This document shows positions 1-13,835 of a stretch of 64,000 bases of DNA, in pieces. The translations under genes were made by a program, and so were the position numbers. The stretch covers positions 42,135 to 106,134 of the forward strand of contig MU626323.1 of assembly GCA_025603075.1 (NCBI GenBank), written 5' to 3'. Numbering within the stretch: the stretch's first letter is position 1; every line of letters starts with the position of its first letter. The DNA is from Neoconidiobolus thromboides FSU 785. Its lineage: Eukaryota > Fungi > Entomophthoromycota. Below the pieces are notes generated by a model. The model was given only the letters and a program-made list of their open reading frames with translations, was not told the origin of the DNA and ran no database searches.

Positions 1-474
1 GCTTACTTTTTCAACAAGTCCATCCTTTTATCAATAAATTTAAGTGCTTCTAATAAAGTAAATTGTACATGATTGCCCAATCCAACATTGATATAAATAT
101 AACGAGTATCAGTTCTAAATTAATATTCCATTTAGATAAATCTAACTATTATAACTAATTTAAACCCTACATATTGGCCTGAGCAAACACCCCACAACCC
201 AATTCGACTTTGGACTTAATCTCTTTTTGTTTCGAGATCCTCATTGCTTCGATTGTTGACTTTAATTTTATACTAAAAACTGTTAAATTTGACTTTATTA
301 CTTATTCTTCAAGGCTTACTATTCACTATTTTCATTATAAATCTTTTCCCTCTCTTTTATTTTAACTTCCAATACAGGCCTTAATTCATTGTAGATGACG
401 TTTTGATACATTTCAATCACCTGATCCACCTGATCCTTACTCATTGGTTCGTAATTTTCTTCATGATCTTCCAT
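1..474 (-). CDS. UXT: UXT-like prefoldin alpha subunit (multi-exon, runs off the left edge)
   Basis: Manual minus-strand translation across GT-AG introns: MEDHEENYEPMSKDQVDQVIEMYQNVIYNELRPVLEVKIKEREKIYNE...IKSKVELGCGVFAQAN...TDTRYIYINVGLGNHVQFTLLEALKFIDKRMDLL. This matches the UXT pattern (VDLGCNFF...[25 protein letters not shown]). Not in the ORF track. Confidence 0.75.
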
Positions 475-685
475 CTTTTGTATGTTGTTTAAAATTGACG
501 ATAAATGAGCAAACTATAAATTGTAATATTCTGTTTTTATTTTATTCTTAGCCAATCACAACTCTTAAATTTATTATTATTAAAATTATTAAAATGTTTT
601 GTTAAGCACAATAGTTGTTTATTTTATTTGACCTAATAAAAATAACTCAAAATATTCAATGTTCAATAAAATAAATATTATATGG

Positions 686-3099
686 CTAATCCTTGTTTAA
701 AAAAGATCCATGAGTGACATCCCAGCCTATGGTACCATCATCTTTTAAGAAAGCAACAAAGATAGTGTGGGTAATCCTTTCAAATGCACCTTCTTCATCT
801 GCTCTTTCTTGAATTATGATTCTAATGGGGTTGTTAGTTGTAACCGAACTACCAGATATAACTTCATGGCCTCCCACTAACTAATTTAAGCTAATATTAT
901 TTTTTGTTGTTATAATACCAAGTTACCTTCTCCTTTTCCATTTAAACAATCAACAATAAATTGATAATCATCATCAGAAATTATGCAAGAGTTGTTGATG
1001 ATTTCAAGTACTTCCTTTTCCTAAAATAATAATAGGTTTAGATTTTAACTATTGACGTTATTGTTATTATTGTTTACTTTATCTTCCTGTTTTAATTCAC
1101 CTGTTTCTATAATATCTACATGAATAGTTGATAAAATTTCATTATTTTAGTTTGCAATCATTTACTTTGATTATCAGGGATACCATCAGCTTGACTCATA
1201 CGTAAGAAATTCATCCCATCATCAACTAAGAACAATTTAGTTTAAATAGTCGAAGTATGAGTTAAATTACCTTTTAGTCTTAGTATCCCTTGGGGATTCT
1301 CGTTAAGTTTACAATTACTATTAGATGATGATAATTCTTTTTCTTTTACTATAAACATAAATGTTAAAATTGTCTCTTAATTATTAGATAATTTCTACCC
1401 TGCTCATTTAATTGATTAGGCTGTTTCACCTCTTTCTTTCTAAATATCCCCCTTATTACTCTAACATGATTAGCTACTCTTGGAATAAATCTCACCGGCT
1501 TAGGTGAAGTGGGTGATCGATGAGTAATTGTTTTTTTCCTCCTAATAGCACTACCCATTTTTTTATTATGCACTATTTATCTTTAATTATCAACTTTTGT
1601 TTTTTTTTTAAATTACTTTTTTCAAGCAAAGCCCATTCTTTTTCTTTTTCTTTTTGTTCTCTTAGTGTACTTCTTTTATATTCTCTATTTTGTTGTGATA
1701 CTACCTAAATTTAGTATAAGAACTTAAGCTTGAAATAAAGATTACTTTGGTCCATTAATTTCCTTAAACCCACATCATCAAGCACTGTCACTTCTTTTTT
1801 ATTGTACCTATCTTTACTGGAACTCAACCTATTTAAGCTAGCGTTTGAAGCTGAATAGCTTTGAACTAATATTAAATAAGTTAATCATATACACTTCATT
1901 CTAAAACAAATAAATTCCAACTGTTTTTGATACATTCTGGTCTCCAGTTTAATTCAATATATAAAGACCAGAAAATAATAATATACCTGTAGGTGATTCA
2001 CGTATGAAGGTTCCAGGTATAGAATCAATAGGTGGTCTAATAACAGCTACTTACGTTAATAAAATGATGATATTGGAAGTGATATAATTTACTTTGGCTC
2101 ATCATATGAATACCTCTTTGCTGCTTTTCAAACATAGCTTTTTCAGGAGTGATTAAATTCCTATCCTTTAGAAAATTTGCAGGACCTTGAGTAATGACAT
2201 TGTGAGCAGATTTAGCCGCATCTATTTATACTAAATTAACCAACATTAATAAATAAGTTAAGAATTTACTTTGATTCATGTGATTTTCAGTTTTGATTTT
2301 TGAAAATGGGCTATCAACATCGGAAGTAGATAAATCCTTCTTTTTCGAATCATCTCTAGAACTTTGCTTTGAATTATTTCCTTCAGCTGTAAAAATCAGA
2401 ACCATTTTTGTAATTATTAATGTGCAATTATTACTTAATGGTTTAAAGTTCTGTCTTTGTTTATTTACTATAACTGAGCTGGAGCGATTGCTATCTTCAT
2501 GTTGTTTGTAAACAAAATGTTCTGTTTTATTTAATTGTAAACCTGAATTCTCTTTAAGCAGCTCCATTCTCTGTTCTTCGCATAAGTAGGAAAATGTCTG
2601 TAACTCCCTGTTGTTTTTATTCAGTTTACTTACTATCAATAGGTTATAATTAATTTGGTGATATATTTAATAGATTTACTTTTATCCTTTAATTTTAAGG
2701 CGTTTCCTTTGGCACTACCATTATTTGTAGACAAGTTGTATAATTTAGGTGTGCTATGTGCAGAAAACCCAGCAACCAAATTATGAAACGAAGCTACAGT
2801 TTTATTTCTATCTAAAGCTAAATTTTGCTCATACTAAAATCAAGATTAGCAATATCGAAAAGCAATTGAAAATTATATACTAGTCTTGGGATTTCCTTAA
2901 AATTTGGTCCTAATTCAGCTCCATGGTTAATCAAAAAATAATTAAAAAGCCTAGTCTTTTGGCTGGAATTCAATGTATGCCAATTAAATAACATATTTGC
3001 TAGTATTTCTTCATTGAGCTCACAATCCTTTTCAGGCATCCAGTTTAACTTTAACTGGTCACTTAAGTCCTTTCCTTTATTATTAGTTTTTATAGACAT
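686..3099 (-). CDS. Multi-exon hypothetical protein
   Basis: ORFs 2818-3099, 2226-2639, 1364-1573 and 686-877 can be linked through GT-AG introns (e.g. about 2836-2881 with a GCTAAT branch-like site, and about 2220-2270), giving continuous reading such as ...KEIPRL/YEQNLALDRNK... and ...NHMNQ/DAAKSAHNVITQGPANFLKDRNLITPEKAMFEKQQRG. No family recognised. Confidence 0.55.
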
Positions 3100-3299
3100 A
3101 AGCGATAAAAAAGCAAATTTTAATCTAGTGATCTTTTATTTTTGTTGTTTGTCCATTTTTTACGCAACGTAAAAACTTAGAACCATTACCAAAATTTAGT
3201 AGGGGGCGATGACCAGGTAGATAGTTTTCTTCATTTCAAAAAACTTCCTACTTTAAATAAAATTTTGTTCTAATTAAAATAACAGCTAGTCAAATCCAG

Positions 3300-4900
3300 G
3301 AATTAGCTGCCAAATACTTTTGATAAAGTTAGATTATGGAGGTTAATGTTAAGGTTCTTGATAGATGTGAATTAATGGTTTATTTCATAAAAGTTAGTAC
3401 TATTAAAAAAGATTACAATTTACCTCTGATCAATATTCTTTACTAAAAATTCCTTGAAAATAGGCTCATTTCCTAATTTACTAAATTTATCTTAATTTGT
3501 TAAAGTCACTTACATCGATGAATAAGTATATATATTTGGCCATAAAAAAGTATAAATCTTATAGTATTTTATCTTTTAAGTGTGAAATATTAAGGATTCT
3601 TTGAAGTGTTTCTTTAAGTTATGATGATTTACTTAGAGAATCGGAATCAAATGTTATTATTTTTACACATCTAATCCTTACATCAGCAGGTGGAGGGGTG
3701 CGCCATGACTATTCTATCAATTATAAAACTCTATTTGGCTATCCTGAAATAGAGCCTATGGGTGATCCAGAATGAGTAAAAAGCCTCCCAGATTTAACTG
3801 TAAATATAATATCATCGTGGTTGACCAGCTATAACTCTGAAATGCAGTTAGGAAAATCTCCATATCATAAAAGGATTGGCTGTAAGTGCATTCCATGGAC
3901 TCATATTATATGACCTTATTATATCGTATGTATGTATTTTAGATCACCATTATGCAATTTATAAAATAGTATGGAAAACAAAGTAGTTGATATGGCATAA
4001 ACAACCTAATTCGATTAGAAAATTCATATATTTGAAACCATAAACCAAGACATTTAAAGGACTTGCTCCATTATACCTTGATACTTTTTGTACTTTGTCT
4101 TGATACATGAGTATTTCTAAAAATTTAAATCAAAAGTTAGAAGCAGTTTGCTATACATTGCTTGTGGAAATATATCAAAAAGCACTTTTGGAATTTTATA
4201 CAAAACTCACCTAGATATATTTTTAATATTAGATGCATATTATTTAACTGTTTCTTTATTTTTAATTTGATACTCTTTTTTATACATATAACCTTATTAT
4301 CTCGTTAGATTTCAATCCCAAATTACCAAGTTTATCTAACTTAAGTAAAACACTTACCTTAGATTGAATGCCTCAATATTTAGTTAACTATAAAAAGCCA
4401 ATAAAGGATTTTTATCAATTATCTTTTGTCTATTTAAACAATTGAGCCATAAGTTGATATATATAAGATGGTGCTTTACGATCCATTGACTGACGAATCA
4501 GACAGGGAAATTTATATATTCGTATGTATAATTCTTATCCTAATAGGCAAATGGGACGACTATGGCTATTCTATTGACCTGTGCTTTGGGTTAGCCCATC
4601 CCAAAATACAAGCTATGAACAGTTCCGAAAGAATGATCGGACCTACTAACTTCAAGTATGATTCTAGAAGTAATCATACCACGTAATAACCTAACTATTG
4701 CTATAAGATACAATCGTGATGATTCTCAAACCACGAGAAAGATGTGCATGAAAACTACTACATAAGTATATGTTAAATAATGGTTTCCTGTACAGTGTGT
4801 ACTTGTTAAGTACCACTCGCACAATTTATAAAATAGTAGGAGAAAATCAAGTATCTAAATTGGAAAAACTAAATCAATTTGACAATCAAACCCAAAAGAT
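3300..4900 (-). pseudogene. Decayed coding relic of unknown family
   Basis: Protein-like minus-strand stretches broken by scattered stops (YGDFPNCISEL*LVNHDDIIFTVKSGRLFTHSG...WRTPPPADVRIRCVKIITFD; LLRGMITSRIILEVSRSDHSFGTVHSLYFGMG*PK). Boundaries are approximate. Confidence 0.3.
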
Positions 4901-5018
4901 TGAAATCATAATCACAATAAAAAACATTCAAAAAACATAATGTATTCTATTTTATTTATTACTTTTCGATTTTGTATTAATATATTTATATTTATATTAG
5001 ATCAAAAATAAAGTCTAT

Positions 5019-7143
5019 TCATAAAGGAACTTTAACGAGGGTTAAAAGCGATTCGATGTGCATCGTCTGAGGAAACATATCGAAGGGTTTAACTTTCACT
5101 ATCTTGTATGTAAAGCTCATTTTTTTGGCCTCACCCTTAATATAAGACGTGTATTGTTTAACTACTTCTTTATCACTTTCCTGTGTAAAACTTTCCCAGT
5201 TCTTTTCTGCTTCTAAAGGCGAAATAAATTCCGGACAAATCTCCCTGATATTTTCAACTGAATTTATCTTTGGCATATTTCCTTGACTTACATTTCCTCC
5301 AGTCAAATCAAGTAGCATTTGGAGATCACGTGCCTGTGTAAATGGATTGCATGATACATATACAATACTTGAGGGTGCAAAGTCGATTAATTGTTTAATA
5401 AAACTAAACATAAGTTAGAATAATTTAATACTATATAAAAATGAACTTACTCTTCACTGCATCCTTTCCTTGGAGGATCAATGATGACTGCTGTTTCATC
5501 TCCATTAAATTCCAACCCCTTAAAAATGACCTCAGCTTCACCTAACTTAAATGAGCAATTATCGATGTTGTTTAACTCAGCATTTTTAGATGCAAATGCA
5601 ATTGATTGGTCATTAACATCTACCCCAACTACTTTTTCAAAAGCAGAAGAACAAGCAACTGCAAATAATCCAGATCCACAATAAACATCTAATAAATATT
5701 TTGGTTTTTGAGCTAATGGAGCATTGGTAAATTCGGACATTACATATTCTGTAAGCCTTGGTAAGATCGAAGCATTCACTTGGAAGAAAGAACCTAAAGT
5801 TGAAATGTAAACATTGAAATATATAGCAAACTAAAGATATATTACCACTTGGGTACTTGAACCTTAAATCACCAACAGGTTGGGTCACAATCCCTTTATG
5901 AGTATTAACTACATCCACTACTTCATTACCATTATCGTCTTTAGTCAAAGACTCTCTTATAATTAATGTTGCACCACGCTTATAACTATCCAACTGTTTA
6001 TTTACTTTTTCTCTTTCCAGTTTATACCCATTACTTACAGCTGGAGTAGCCAAAATACAATCTTCAATATCCATAATTTTTCTTCTACCTTTCTCATTGA
6101 ATCCGATATCAGCTTTTAACCCAACTTCATTACATTTAGTCTCAGATCCCTCCTTTGTGCTACTTTTAGGCTTATCAAAATGAGGTGTTAATTTTGTTCT
6201 ATAATTGAATTTCAATGGCGATTCCTCTGGTTTGTCAAAGTGAATTAATTCCATAAGTGGCCTTGATCCATAAAGAAAAGCCCTCTTTAATAAATTTTCT
6301 TTTAATTCCAATTGTGTTTCATATGTAAAGTTTTGCCATTGACAACCAGAACAAGTTCCAAAGTACTTGCATGGAGCTTCAGTTAGTTTAAGTGAACTAT
6401 TCCCTCTTGATATCAGCTCTACAAAATCTCCTTCAGAGTACCCCCTTTTTAATATAAGGTTAAAAGATTAAATATAATCAAATGAAGCTACCTGCAATGG
6501 GAAAACACCCTAGTTTTTACAATATCACCGATAGTTGTAAATGGAACTAATATAAACCAATCTTTAACATCTTTAGTAACACCAATACCAGTTCCTATAG
6601 TTGAAGATATTTAAGGATAAGTTTAAACGAAAGATAGCCAACTTTACCATTAGATGCTAGTTTAACAATTTCGACTTCGTACTCAGTAAATCGCTCAAAT
6701 GGTAAATATTCATAAAATAAAGATTTATTAAAGTCTTCATTCTTTTTAGAGTTTATTAACTTTGGGTTTAACGAATGTAAATCCATTAATATATTCGAGT
6801 CTGATGGCATTGGCTTTGGCTTCTTCAGTTTCTTTTTCTTTGGTTGTTTTTTATTTGAATTCTCTAGTTCATTACTTTCTGTTTTTATTTTTTTGTTTAT
6901 TTGTGTATCTAAAAAGTTAGGACTTATTTAAATAAGTTAAAATCATTTACCTTCATTTAAGTTATCTGCTCTATTGTCAGTTGCAGCTGACTCGGTATAC
7001 CCATTTGCCTTGATATCACAAACTTTATCGCTGTTATTTAATATGTCTTTGATATCACTCATTCTACTTAAATAACTAAAATTATCTTTATTAAAAATTC
7101 GAGCTTTATTAACAAACTTAAAGATTTGATTGAAAGATCTCAT
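5019..7143 (-). CDS. TRM2: tRNA (uracil-5-)-methyltransferase, Trm2/TrmA family (multi-exon)
   Basis: Motifs YRTKLTPHFD, DIEDCILAT, KRGATLIIRES, SAM-binding LDVYCGSGLF, IIDPPRKGC, catalytic IVYVSCNP and FDMFPQTMHIES spread over ORFs 5019-7143. Confidence 0.9.
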
Positions 7144-7239
7144 TTAATAAGATAATCTAATTCCAAGGGTATTTATTCTTTTTAAACATGTTGCATAACT
7201 CTTTATAAACTAAAGATTTAGTATATAGCAAGTAGGGAT

Positions 7240-7311
7240 GGCCAAATGGTCTAGTGGTATGATTCACCCTTAGGGTGGGTGAGGTCCCGGGTTCAATTCC
7301 CGGTTTGGCCC
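7240..7311 (+). tRNA. tRNA-Pro(AGG), intronless
   Basis: Acceptor stem GGCCAAA/TTTGGCC, anticodon stem CACCC/GGGTG with loop TTAGGGT, T arm CCGGG-TTCAATT-CCCGG, and T-rich Pol III terminator-like tract downstream (TTTTTT at about 7323). Confidence 0.95.
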
Positions 7312-7697
7312 TTTCAGACTGTTTTTTGTCAATAAATCCTTTATAGGCTTTGGAATGCTATTTTTCTATTAAAAATTATCAATAGTGAAAACATCTTATG
7401 CATTTCAAAGCTTTTATTATCCAAGAAAGTAGTATATTGTATAGACATAAAAAAGTAGATGATAAGTTTGTTTATGGTTTTTTTTTTAGTATTATTCAAA
7501 AGATTTTAAAGGAAGAAAGTAAAAAAAAATCAGTCTATTAAAATATTTCTATAATGAATTATTCTTTTTTGATTAAATAGAGTTAGTTTCAAATATTTAA
7601 ATTACTATCATTTTGACATTTATAATCTTCTATAGATGAACACTTTAAATATAATATTAACTTTTAATGTAATTCAAAATTTTAAAAAAATAAATTT

Positions 7698-7795
7698 GGG
7701 GATGTATTTTTATGTTTAAGAATTTTATTAACAAATTTTCTACTCAAATAGTGCTTAGAAGATGGGAAAAGTAATGAAACTAAAAAAATATCCCC
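7698..7795 (+). mobile_element. MITE copy, full length, TSD ATTT/ATTT
   Basis: GGGGATGTATTTTT...AAAAAAATATCCCC, 98 bp, flanked on both sides by ATTT. Confidence 0.85.
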
Positions 7796-8364
7796 ATTTA
7801 ATTATTAAAAATTCAAAACTAATATACTACTGTTTATTAATTGTATACACCATATTTTAAAATACTTATAATTTTAAAAAGAGCTAAATTTACATTTATG
7901 TTTCATTGAATCTTAATTAACAGATTCTATTGTTTTAAAAGAATCTATTTAATGACTTTTTCAAATATTCCTTTTTTGGCCTGTTTTATTTCTTGTAAAT
8001 GAGTGATAGTTTTTTTTAAATGTTTTCAATTTACTTAACTAATTCTGTTTGTTACTATACCAAAGGTCTATTCGTTTCTTTTTATTAAATTGATCCGATA
8101 GACGGAATATTAATTTTTAAAAGATGCAAAATAAAAATAGTGTAAAAAGTTACTTTTATCACTACCTATATAATTGGGTTTCTTTTATAAATATTGGCTT
8201 AATATCAATGTTATATATGTATTAACTTTATATTATTAGCATCATTTATAACTCATAAAATATGTTGATTGTTTAAAATCTCCGAGCATTTGAGGAGCGT
8301 CCCTCAAATCCCTTTTATTAATATTGTTATTTCTCTTATCAAAGAAGAGCCATTTATATTCACT

Positions 8365-9697
8365 ATGAGTAGGTATTTCGGTTGGGAATGGAAAAAACCA
8401 AGTATGTGTGGTTTGGCGGCAGGGGAAATGTGAAGTAATAGTATGGGATGGGTTAAGAATTAAGCATGTTTTTGAAAAAAAAGGATCATGTATTTAAAGA
8501 AACTAACTAGAACGTAAATTTTTTAGAATCTCTAGCATCATTTCTAATGATAACGAAAAACGGAAGCGTCGCCGTCGTATTACCGATCTACCATTTAGAA
8601 AAAGTTGGTCTGTAGAGCTTTTTAGTGATAGTAGTAAGGGTCTTGTTGAAAAAATTAGAGAGAATAGTAATAAATCAGTAATGATAGATGTTCTTTTTCA
8701 ACGCTTTACTTTGGATGTTTTAGGAAAAGGCTTATTTAGTTTTGATTTTGAAGCAATTAGAAACAATGGAAAAAGGAAAATGATGAAAGTTTATAGTGAA
8801 ATCTTAAAAGAATTATTTAATTTAATATATTTTATTTTCCTTATATCAGAATCTGTTGTTCCGTCATGAGAATATTATCACTATAAAATTGATGAGCTCT
8901 GTTCATTTTTAGCTGATATTATTGGAGTTCGTACGAAAGAAATTGAAAGTAGAAATAGTAAAGATGGTTTTGTTAGTTTGATGCTTAATAATATGACGAG
9001 ACCAACTAAAGAAGTTTAACTACTGATGAAGTAGTAAATAACTTGGCTGCTTTCTTTTTAGCAGAGGATAATACTATAGTAAATTCTCTTACTTCTACCA
9101 TTCATTTTTTCTCAAAATATCCAGAAATCCAAGGAAAAACTCAAAGAACTAATTAATATTTTAGGTAATAGTGGGAACTGTATACCATCTCATGAACAGT
9201 AAAAAAAGCCTTATTTATCTAAACTGCTTTATCAAAGAAACCATGTAGTTTATTACTACAGTTAGTTCATTAAAACGCTACTGTGTTAAGGATGAGATCA
9301 TCCCTAATGGGGCGCTGATTAAAAAGGAGGCCTATGTTACTTACCATTTTTGGGTATTGCGCCATACTTAAAAGTACTTTCCAAACCCAGAAAAATTCGA
9401 TCCCAATCGCTTCTTGGACCCACATAGTGAGCAAATTAATTCATGGATGGCATTTAGCTACAGCTTTAGGCTGTGTAAGAGTATCACTATTGTTATTTAA
9501 CTAATCATTTTTTAGATATTGTTATTAACTTTTCATTAATTGAACAAAGGGTTGGGTTCTTATTGTTATTACAAAAATATCAAACTAAATTAGGTCAGAA
9601 TTCAAAACAACGGGAAAAGCTATTACTTATTACCACTGGACTTATACTTTCAAAGGATTTGGATATTCAATTTATAAATAGGGTGGATATTATTTAA
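8365..9697 (+). pseudogene. Cytochrome P450 pseudogene
   Basis: Pieces FQRFTLDVLGKGLFSFDF, I-helix FFLAEDNT (AGxDT degraded), K-helix IKETM* (ExxR broken by TAG), PEKFDPNRF and heme loop AFSYSFRLCK (FxxGxRxC with G>S), with several stops and frameshifts. The 5' boundary is approximate. Confidence 0.85.
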
Positions 9698-9870
9698 AGC
9701 CAATGAAGGAATAAAGTATTAAAAAAACTATACTTTATTATTTTATTTAAATCATTTACTTGTAAACTAAAATCATTTGTAAATGCAGTAAAATTTACTT
9801 TAAAGAATGGTCACTTATTTAATATTAAACCACTTCTTACTATTATATATAGTAGGCAAAACTAGTATAC

Positions 9871-9963
9871 GGGAGTGTTTTTTTACCTCATTATTTTTTC
9901 CATTTTTTAAGCGCTATTTAAGCGGAAATTTTGTTGGTAAAATTCTTATAAAAATACATCCCT
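9871..9963 (-). mobile_element. MITE copy (reverse)
   Basis: GGGAGTGTTTTTTT...AAAAATACATCCCT; flanks ATAC/ATAT. Confidence 0.8.
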
Positions 9964-10241
9964 ATATTATATTAAAAAAGTATAATTTCGCATATTAAAT
10001 AAGTGATACCAATTTTTATTGTACGGAGTTATTCCTTTTGGTAGATAATACTAGTAAATAATAGTGCAAGATATATTTTTCTCAGCATTTTATTTTCGGA
10101 GGATTGTACATGATATTCATTGAAATATTAGTTATACATATAAGCTGCTCGAGTTGTAAGTCAAAGACTCTGCTATTACACTCGATTACAGTAAAATGAA
10201 ATTTACAAATTGTCATTAATTTTTACATTTAAAATAATATT

Positions 10242-10340
10242 GGGGATGTATTTTTGTATTTAAGAGTTTTACCAACAATTTTTCCACTAAAATAGTGCTT
10301 AAAAGATGGAATAAGTAATGAAACCAAAAAAAACATCCCT
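10242..10340 (+). mobile_element. MITE copy
   Basis: GGGGATGTATTTTTG...AAAAAACATCCCT followed by ATAT. Confidence 0.8.
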
Positions 10341-11929
10341 ATATAATAAACTAATAAAATAAAGTAGGATAAAACTTTAAAGAGATCAAATTATGAAAAA
10401 GTTTTTCCACAATAGCTTACGTTTCCATAACACATTGTGTTTACTTATAGTTAACTATCGGAAAGAAACAGCAGTAAATCCGAGTCTATGAAATTCAATA
10501 ATTTATCTTTAAAATAATGTTGTTAAATTATCCAAATATACTAAACTTTACTAAAAAAATCTCACTGTTAAACTTTGGGCAAAGAATAAAAAGGGGTCAA
10601 GGGAGATAAGCTGGAATAAAAATTAATAGATTAAGAGTTGACATTTAAGTAACTTAAATATACTGAAAGAGAAAGCTACTTTTAAAAGTAACTTATGTAA
10701 AGTTAAAGTATGGGATTTTTTGTATTGTAAATAAAATAAAATAAAACTCTTTCACTGACCGAATCATAGTATTTAAGTTAGGAATATAATAACTTAAATA
10801 ATAAAAATCCTCTTTTTAGAAATAGAGTTTAATTGAATGTATAAAAAATATTAGGTTTATTAAATTTGATCATATTTTAATTTTTTTGCATGAATTATTA
10901 ATTATTCCTTAAAATTAATTATTCAATTAGTATACATAAGTTACTCTTTAGATTATTTTTAAATTGAATATTATTTATTATATATAAAATAGCCCAATAG
11001 CGGTTTGTGGTGGCTTTATCAATAGCATATAAATATTATAATATTATTTACTAAATTATTTTAAAATTAAATAAATGCTATGTTCTTTCAAAGTTCTCTC
11101 AAAGTAAACAATTCCTACCTTTTTTAATGAAATCATTAAACTTTCTATAATAACACTAATAAAATTAATGGAGATATTTTGCTTTATTAAGAATAAAAAT
11201 TTAGATGACAATATTTACACATATAATGATAAAACAATCAATCAACTGATTTTACATAATAATATAATAAATGTCATTATAGTTGGTACCAGATTGCTAA
11301 AAATATTAAGTTAAACCATTTTTCTTTAAGGATAGTATTTATCAAATATTAAGGGTCATTGTTAATTACTTATCGGAAAACATATGATTTTTTATTAAGA
11401 GGTAGATAAAAAAAATTTATGCTTTTTGTCAAACTAAAAGGGGTTTTATATATTAAACATACAGAACTATACGTTTAATTACTTTTAGGAAAGAGTCATA
11501 AAGCGATAATAATAAACATAAGTCTAATTAATATAAAAATGTAGTATTATTGCATGTATTCTAGATGAAATAATTTATAAACCATCAATAAGAATATATA
11601 TCATTTTTTTTATAAATATAAATATGATCAATCATGAAGTGAGCAGTTGTTTTATGTGATTTATTAAATTTTAGGTAGAATACTAAATCAACTAAAAGTA
11701 GTCAACTAGATTAATTTAGAAGAAATAAGTAACTAACTTATCATCTGATAATATAGTAAATAAGTGGTTTATGATATTTACACCATTCTACATAAAATTT
11801 CAAAATATACAATGAATAGAGGAATAACAGGGTTTAATTCAAGGGTATATAAACAGATTAAAATTTATCAAATGGGTTATCAAAAAAAAATCGACTGTTT
11901 TATACTCTCATATCAAATTGTATATAAAA

Positions 11930-13084
11930 ATGAAAGTTTTCGCTATCTTCGCTGTCACTTCTTCCCTCCTTGCTTCAGTATTCGCTGATCTTGCTCCATT
12001 ACACAAAAATGGAAAGGCTATTGAAGGAAGCTACATTGTTACTTTAAAAGGTAATACTCGTACTACCATTGACACTCACATCAAGCAAGTTGAAGAACTT
12101 TTCACTGAACGCAGTGGATCCAACAAAATTGAATCAGTTTACAAGCATATTGGTAACGCTTACCATGCTCGTTTATCTTCATCAGTGTTGGAAAAGGTAC
12201 GTAATTTACCTGATGTTGACTTTGTTGAAGCTGATGCTGAGGTCAAACTTCATGCCACCCAAACTGGTGCTCCATGGGGTCTTGCTCGTATCTCTCAGCG
12301 TACTTTTACCCAAAAATCTACCTACACTTACAACGGTGATGGTGCAGGAGTAACTGTTTACGTTATTGATACTGGTATTCTTACTACCCATCCTGAATTT
12401 GAAGGTCGTGCTAGATTTGGTGCCAGATTTGCTGGTAACAATGATAATGATGAGCATGGTCATGGTACTCATTGCTCTGGAACTATTGGATCCAAGACTT
12501 ATGGTGTTGCTAAGAAAGCAAGTCTAGTTGGTGTTAAAGTTTTCGATGGCAGTGGTTCAGGTAGTACCTCAGGTATCCTCTCAGCCATCAACTGGGCTGT
12601 TAATGATAAGAAAGGTGTCAAAGGTAATGTTATTAGTATGTCCCTTGGTGGTGGTGTATCTACTACCCTTAACAACGCTGTACAAACTGCTTATACAAAA
12701 GGATTTGTTGTCGTAGTTGCCGCTGGTAACGAAAGCCAAGATGCTTGCAATGTATCCCCAGCTTCAGCACCAAATGCCATTACTGTTGCTGCTTCCGATA
12801 TCAATGACAAACTTGCTTCTTTCTCTAACTTCGGTAAATGTGTTGATGTCATTGCCCCAGGTGTTAATGTTCTCTCTACCTGGAACAACGGAGGTACCAA
12901 CTCCATCTCTGGTACTTCTATGGCCACCCCACATGTTGCTGGTCTTGCTGCTTACTACCTTTCCCAAGGATCATACACTAATGCACAAATCACTTCCAAG
13001 ATTGTATCATCTGCCACCAAAAATGCCATCAGTAACCCAGGATCTGGAACTCCTAATCTCCTTGCCTACAACAGTGTTGTATAA
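11930..13084 (+). CDS. Secreted proteinase K-like subtilisin (S8A) with I9 propeptide, intronless
   Basis: Signal peptide [20 protein letters not shown]9 propeptide (YIVTLK...VEADAEV), and catalytic triad VIDTG / HGHGTHCSG / [11 protein letters not shown] plus AAGN. The start is taken at MKVF, four codons after the TTG-type start in the track. Confidence 0.95.
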   Translation: MKVFAIFAVTSSLLASVFADLAPLHKNGKAIEGSYIVTLKGNTRTTIDTHIKQVEELFTERSGSNKIESVYKHIGNAYHARLSSSVLEKVRNLPDVDFVEADAEVKLHATQTGAPWGLARISQRTFTQKSTYTYNGDGAGVTVYVIDTGILTTHPEFEGRARFGARFAGNNDNDEHGHGTHCSGTIGSKTYGVAKKASLVGVKVFDGSGSGSTSGILSAINWAVNDKKGVKGNVISMSLGGGVSTTLNNAVQTAYTKGFVVVVAAGNESQDACNVSPASAPNAITVAASDINDKLASFSNFGKCVDVIAPGVNVLSTWNNGGTNSISGTSMATPHVAGLAAYYLSQGSYTNAQITSKIVSSATKNAISNPGSGTPNLLAYNSVV

Positions 13085-13835
13085 GTTTCTTTTAAGTTTC
13101 TTTTAATAAAATCTTGAATAGTTTAAATAAGGTTGATATTAGTTTAATGATATACAAAATATAAATTACTTTTATTAAAGCCTCTATCTTATAAATCTAA
13201 TCCAGTTGTATAATTTATGTGGATTTAATTAATAGCAACCATTTAAATTATTCAATAAAACTTTAAATTTAATGTATTGACTTTAATGCTAAATATAATT
13301 GAGCTTATAAACAAAATCTGACCAAATTGCAAAAATATTTGCCAAATAGAATTTTGAACATTTAAAATTCTTTATAAAAAGTCAACAAAATGAAGGTAAG
13401 AATGTAGTTATAGTTATTCTTGAAAACCTGAAAATAGCAAAATTGGAAGCGGAAATACTTTTGGAAAATGGATTTTATTAGAATAAATACAGTTTCTTTT
13501 AAAAACAGGTATCGTTATTTTACATTATCAATTTTCTTAGATATAAAACTACTGCTAAAATGGTTTATATCATTTTCTTTAAAATATTAAACTAAACACT
13601 TATTAAATTTTTGTCAAGTCAATTTCAAAAAGCATAAATTGCCTGGAAAGCAATTTGCAATTTCTACTTTCTGCTAATCCCAACTGGATAGCTTTATTCC
13701 AATAATATCCCCTATCCCTTAGTAAAAATTTCAAAAATTTGTTCAACCATTTATCGAATTTTATTGGATAGTTAAAGTAACCTAAAAATTCTTATAAAAG
13801 TAGACAGTTGAGACATTTTTTAACATTTAATTTTA

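Noticed and set aside
7269-7276. TTAGGG inside the tRNA
   Set aside because: It is simply the normal Pro(AGG) anticodon loop and unrelated to telomeres.
7698-9963. Inverted MITE pair around the P450 pseudogene as a composite transposon
   Set aside because: Each MITE has its own different TSD (ATTT versus ATAC/ATAT), so they inserted independently.
12069-13106. Several overlapping ORFs on both strands within the subtilisin gene
   Set aside because: Shadow frames caused by biased codon usage of a GC-richer, highly expressed gene.
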